Source: Takakia lepidozioides (taxonomy: Eukaryota; Plantae; Bryophyta). From it: a DNA stretch of 64,000 nt. Below the pieces are notes generated by a model. The model made no database searches. It was not told where the DNA came from and saw only the letters and a program-made list of their open reading frames with translations. The position numbers were made by a program, and so were the translations under genes. The DNA is taken from assembly GCA_030704615.1 (NCBI GenBank), contig CM060734.1, positions 47,430,001-47,494,000 of the forward strand. Direction: 5' to 3'. This document shows, in pieces, positions 58,712-64,000 of the stretch. Within the stretch, counting starts at the first letter, position 1; every line of letters begins with the position of its first letter.

Positions 58712-61700
58712 CTAGTGAATGTCGCCAACAGAGTGCTCCATTGTAGATGGTCCTTCAACTTCCCAGCTAGCCCACAATGGAGAGCTACATGGCCCACCAC
58801 CGCGAATGCGCTTTTGCAAATGCTCTAGGCTAGCCACACGCTGCATAGACGGTGTCCGTCCCATCTTGAGGCCACCACTACCTTGCTGTTGCTCCTGCAG
58901 TGAGGCTGGGCCATGCTTTGCCTGCTGTACATAGAGTGGAGTATTTGACTGGGCCACACTGACAGGAGCTGCAACGTATCTCCCACTTGGGCTTTCTGTG
59001 TAGACAGATTGAGGCAATATCTGGGATTGGGCGTGGTCAGCCCTTGCCACCAAGTCTTCTGTCATCTTTACCTGCCGCATGTGAGTCCTCAGTTAGCACA
59101 ATGACTTACTTGACGTTCTGTAGTTTGCAGAAGTGCACCACAAAAATAATGTGGGTCAGGCTCCACCGGAGCATTCTTCACCACAACTATATGCACAAAC
59201 TACTAAAGCAAAATGCATACTATGATTTATGTCGTGAGGCCTGAACAACTTCAACTCCTCGTTGGGAACAAAATGAACTCAATGATATTTGAGGCACATA
59301 GCTAGTGGACCAAATAGCGAAACAGTTATCAGGAAAAAGCTTGGCAGGATTGCAAAGGGGTGATAGAATACATACCTTGGCACGCAGTGCCTCAACATCC
59401 GATTTTAGGACACGATTGTCAATGGCAGCGTCATTATACTTTTGACTGATCTCTGTCAGCCGCTTCACCAATGTTGAATTCTCCATTCTCAATTGTGCTA
59501 CCTATATCCACAATGAAAAGTCTACATTATTGACTTGACCACAAAGGCACTTTTACAGTGGTATCAATTCGCATTTGCAACTGCAAACCCTCCTCTACAA
59601 GAGCTTCCACTTGTCATGCTCAGTTAATGACAAGCTTCCTCAGTCTTCTGTAACCTCCACTGCACTTCTTGGAACATGTGACCAGACAGCAGTAGGGACA
59701 TAGAAACCCATAAATCTTAACCACCTGCATCTCAAGATCACTCAAATGTGCTTGTTTTCTTCTGCGTGACCTCCTTGCTGACTCCCTGTTGGAGAGCATC
59801 CTGTACCATCTCACATGTAGCCAGCCCCAATCAGGAAACGCCCTTACAGGAATGAACGAGAATATGCCACACAGAGGACCTGACTAGACAAAAACAGCAA
59901 CTCCAGCTTGAAAGTAGTCTAGCACATGCCCATTCATGGCCTATCCACCCAAAAGGACTCTAGCCTTTTGGGATGTCAACCACTATCCTGATAAGTATGG
60001 CCATACCCAAGAATCCCCAGCCTGCCTCATAACCAACCCTCAGAGAATCTGCTGACCGACTGACACATGACCATATGACTACTCTGTTGGTGAGAAAAAT
60101 ATCGATGCAGACCGGCAAGGACAAGAAGTCTCCACCATTGCAAGTGCCCATGAGCAAACATGACACCGTGTACTGAAAGAATATCCCACCAGTAACCACA
60201 CCAGTGACTCCAGGTTGCAGCTATCAATTCACAATGAGTATTACTAATTCTTCTACCTTTGCCTATCTGTCTGGCAACCACTGGCTAACTCAGGTGGGTA
60301 ACGGGGTGAATGACATGGAAGAGGTGAAACAAACACAATTCAATGAGAGTTACTGAATGTAGAGTCGTCACTGATATATGCTTGCATCAAAAGACCCTGC
60401 CCCCAGTTGGGGAAGAGAATGTACTCAAAAGACGGTGTTTGCCGTAGCCTTGTGGAGCACCCAGTTTGGGTGGAACAAGAGAGTTGGGGAAGAGGGAGAC
60501 AGAGAGAGAAACCTCTTCACACGCTTGATGTCACCAAGGGCCATGATTGGGCCAACTTCCAAGTCGGCATCATCATCATCCGACAGCTCTGAACCACTTG
60601 TGATGGTGGGTCGTGCCCTACTATGCAGAGAAGATCCCCCAAACTCAGGCTTTGGCGGCAGTGCAGGAATACCAACGGGGCCCACTGCTCCTCCATTTGA
60701 TGCTGTCACACCACCTACACATGTTGATAGATTATACATATGATGCAAGGAATAGTGTTTACAGGACTTCTGGCTGATAAGGTCTCCAGCTGATAATTAC
60801 CATCGGCACAAGTGTTAGCTGTTCGGGGTGAGATAAACATGGAAACCAACAACCAGGACGGCTCTATTCACCCAAAAAGGGAACCACCAGAGTCTGCTAT
60901 ACCTTGCACCTGCTGAATTGTAGGCTGAAGCTGTGCTGCTCCTGATGTTGCCTGCATCCCACCCATCCCTCCGCTCCATTTAATGCCAACTCTGACATCG
61001 CCTCCCACCCAAAACGTGTGCAAGAATAAATAGTTTAGGAGCAAAGCAACATGCCATTACTTCTTCAAAGGTCTAATCCAGTTATTGTGTGTGTGAGAGG
61101 GAGAATGTACTCATGAGATGTCGTAGCCTTGTGGCCATAGACCTTCTCGAGAAAGGATGTTTAAGCAAAGATTACTAGGCCTAACTGAGGACTTTGAAGA
61201 AGGATGTGTGAGGACCATGTGAGTCTGCAGACATAAGGATACCGGCAATCACCCTTTCATTCTGGGCACAGATTGAGAATAAACCACTTGATGGAAACTG
61301 TTTTGATATTAAAAGAATCTCTATTAACTTTCACGAAATCTGATTGGCCGTGTTTCATGGCTGTATGATGTCAATGAGCTCCTCAGTCTTGAAAAGACAT
61401 GTATATTACGACTAACCGTATCTTGACATGACAACTCTCTCTCCCTCATATGAACATGAACATATATCCCTTTAACAAACATATATGCACAGTGTCAAAT
61501 TGAGATACATACTGGAACAAGCATTGTCAAAGGCTTTGCAAACTACAATCGAATATAAGGCCCAACGCCCAAGTTCACTGCTACCCTCACCCAAGGATCT
61601 GCCTGTGGCAAATGTGTCATGTACAGCTGATCCAAGTACGGACCATCCTCAAGGCATGCCTCCTCTACATTACCACAATAACAAACAAGAAAAAAAACCA

Positions 61701-62274
61701 TCTCAATAAAAAGGGAGAAAGGAGAGACCCGAGAGAGTGCAACGGCAGCACAGGCCAAATCAAGCCGTTGCTTGAGAAAATGCTCATACTCCTGTGGGTT
61801 GCTGCTGGTCGCACTGTTCACTTCATCCCGCAGACCAGAAAACAATGGATTCAAGGCAGCCCTCACCTCCACCTGCTCATACCCATTAAGATGGTCATCC
61901 TTTGTCCTTCCTGTAGCTGGTGGCTGCACTGGTGGCTGCACAGGAATAGCAGGGGCAGGCCGCAGAGGAAGCTCGTTGTTGTCAACCTCATCTTTCTCCT
62001 CCTCCTCCTCCTCCTCCTCATCGATCATCAACTTGCGGTTTTGTGTGCGTGGCACCGACCCAACCGAGGCCGCATGCTCTCGCAGGAACTCCTGAAACGC
62101 CCATTCTGAAGCACTGCGAATCATCTTGTCAGGCCCGCATGTCTTCGGAGCTTCGGCTGGATTCCCCGCGTTGCTCGAAGCCATTGGCGCACCTGTTTCT
62201 CCAGTATTGTCCCCTTGGGTGTCCAGCTTCCAGAACGTACCTAAAATGTCATCTACTGAGAAAACACGTTCCAT
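58712..62274 (-). CDS. Group C bZIP transcription factor (bZIP63/Opaque2-like), ~452 aa
   Basis: Exons 62274-61729, 60951-60903, 60714-60513, 59800-59725, 59501-59376, 59071-58712 (1359 nt). Motifs: [99 protein letters not shown]. Confidence 0.96.
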
Positions 62275-64000
62275 CTCCCTCTAGCTTCTTTCCTCTGAAC
62301 GTCACCCTAACTGAATTTTCCTGGTTCCGTGCTTGCCTGAGCTACCCTCCTTTATTCCAGCACTTGTCTGCCTGGACCCCTCAAGATTATGCAAAACATC
62401 CGGAACAGCGAGCATGGCTCGCAAACAACGTGGGAGCTGACCAAGGAGGGGCCCGTCAATGCCTGATGTCTATGCTACTTCCACCACTCCCAAACCAATC
62501 CGTCCCGCCCACCCCCGCAGTTATCTTCCTCAATCATCAAACCCCCGGATAGAACCCAACTACCGAAGCTCCCTCGAGTCCAACTCGCACATTCCCACCG
62601 AAGTTGCGAAACCGAAACAGAAAAGATTCCCCCAAAGACAGCGTTCTTGAGTGTTAAGGAAGCCCTTTTTGTCACGAACTTGTACTGACTTGTCCTCAGA
62701 GCGGTAAACTCATCTGTTCTGCATATCATCACCCAGTAGAAGAAAATGGAGGCTGGAGCACGACCTTGCCTCGTGCTTTGGCTTTCTGCTGCTCTCTCCT
62801 GTTGACCTCACCCCAGTGAACCCCTCCCTCGCATCCTCCCAGTAGCACCAACACTAGGGAGGCACCAGCCGCCCGGCATCATTCTGCCTGATTCTCAATA
62901 ATACAACAACGTATTTTGGGAATTTTATGCTCCCCAACCCCACCCACCTACCCTCTTCTTCTCTCAGTCCGAGGTGCAGCTCAGATGCAATGGGCAAGAG
63001 ATGGAATACGCAAGAGTCTTGTAAGTAGGCCTTGGTTGGGGCAGTTGTCTTTATTACTGCAGTTCAGCTTTTATATTACTACATCTTGATGCCACTTAGA
63101 TGCCCAGCATATCCTTTCTCCGTTAACTCAGTGCTGGGTTTGCAAGAAGGAAGGCCTTTACTTTACATTTGGACCTTCCCTCCCATATTGTAGCAGGAAA
63201 GAGGAAAGCTCAAGTTTACATGATTGTAGTTGAAGGGTTTGAAGTTAAGAGTGTGATTTGAGGTAAATTTTCAATCCTGAGGACTTTGCTCCCTAGGACT
63301 TGAAAATTCAGGAAAGTCCAGAGGGTAAGAATTTTACATGTTCATGACTCATGGCGGCTTGAAAATGACAAAACAAATTATGGGCAGGGGCCATCATAAT
63401 CCAGAGTTGCCGGGAAAGCTTGTGGATGTACTCGAGCGGCGGAATTTTGCTGCTGAGATCACTATACTTTACAAAGGGAATTTTTCGAGCAGTGCTTCAG
63501 GTGATGGTGCTTGTAGAATCAAAAGGTATTTCGGTGAAAATCAACCCTGAATGAATGACTAAGGCACAGCTGGGCAAAGCACCCAAATGCGGCTCATTCC
63601 TCTTTTGGTAAGTCAGATCGCATGTCTAAAGATGCTGGGTACCTCACACAGGAATTTGCACAAAGAGATTGACGTGATTGAGAACTGCCTCTAGCATTTA
63701 GGATCCAACGTTATGAATGTCTAGTGCCTTTTGGAAAGTATCTGTCAAATGCAACCAACTCCCTCTCTGTTACAATTCCACCAACAACTCAAACCCGTTT
63801 GATCTTCATGCTTTGGAGGAGAGCTCTGCCATCGTTGGTGAAGGCCTTGGTTACGAAGACCAGAGATGCTTAACCCTTCATGACACCTTCCAAATCGTAC
63901 AGGCAGATTAGACCTAGTTTTACACGTTATTGTTCCATAAATAGTTTGAGCTTCGTTTTGAGATTATTAAGAGTTCTTCTCTTTCATTCTATCTTCTCTC

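Overview
Eukaryotic nuclear DNA from a land plant. The CesA sequence suggests a seed-free, moss-like lineage, which is an inference. I rebuilt seven intron-containing genes exon by exon from GT-AG signals and protein motifs: a calcineurin B-like Ca2+ sensor (CBL, +), a strongly divergent TOC75/Omp85 paralogue (+), cellulose synthase CesA (-), an RPA70/RPA1B-type subunit apparently lacking the N-terminal OB domain (-), a LOB-domain factor (+), LHP1 (+) and a group-C bZIP (-). Mobile DNA includes a 1.26-kb foldback/Pack-like element with ~350-bp TIRs built from a 16-bp palindrome, a near full-length decayed L1-clade LINE, a second 5'-truncated L1 LINE, three related tRNA-derived SINE copies and a hAT-like relic. 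Six observations stand out. (1) One 3' motif set is shared by both LINEs and all three SINEs, a candidate LINE-SINE partner system. (2) One SINE copy has twin-priming-type 5' inversion geometry. (3) A tandem intron duplication in CesA creates a potential in-frame 33-nt microexon. (4) A spliceable host-like gene fragment lies inside the foldback element. (5) The RPA1B lacks DBD-F. (6) The CBL2/3-like core carries a long, doubly hydrophobic N-terminus. All comparisons to known families are from recalled motifs; no database searches were run.
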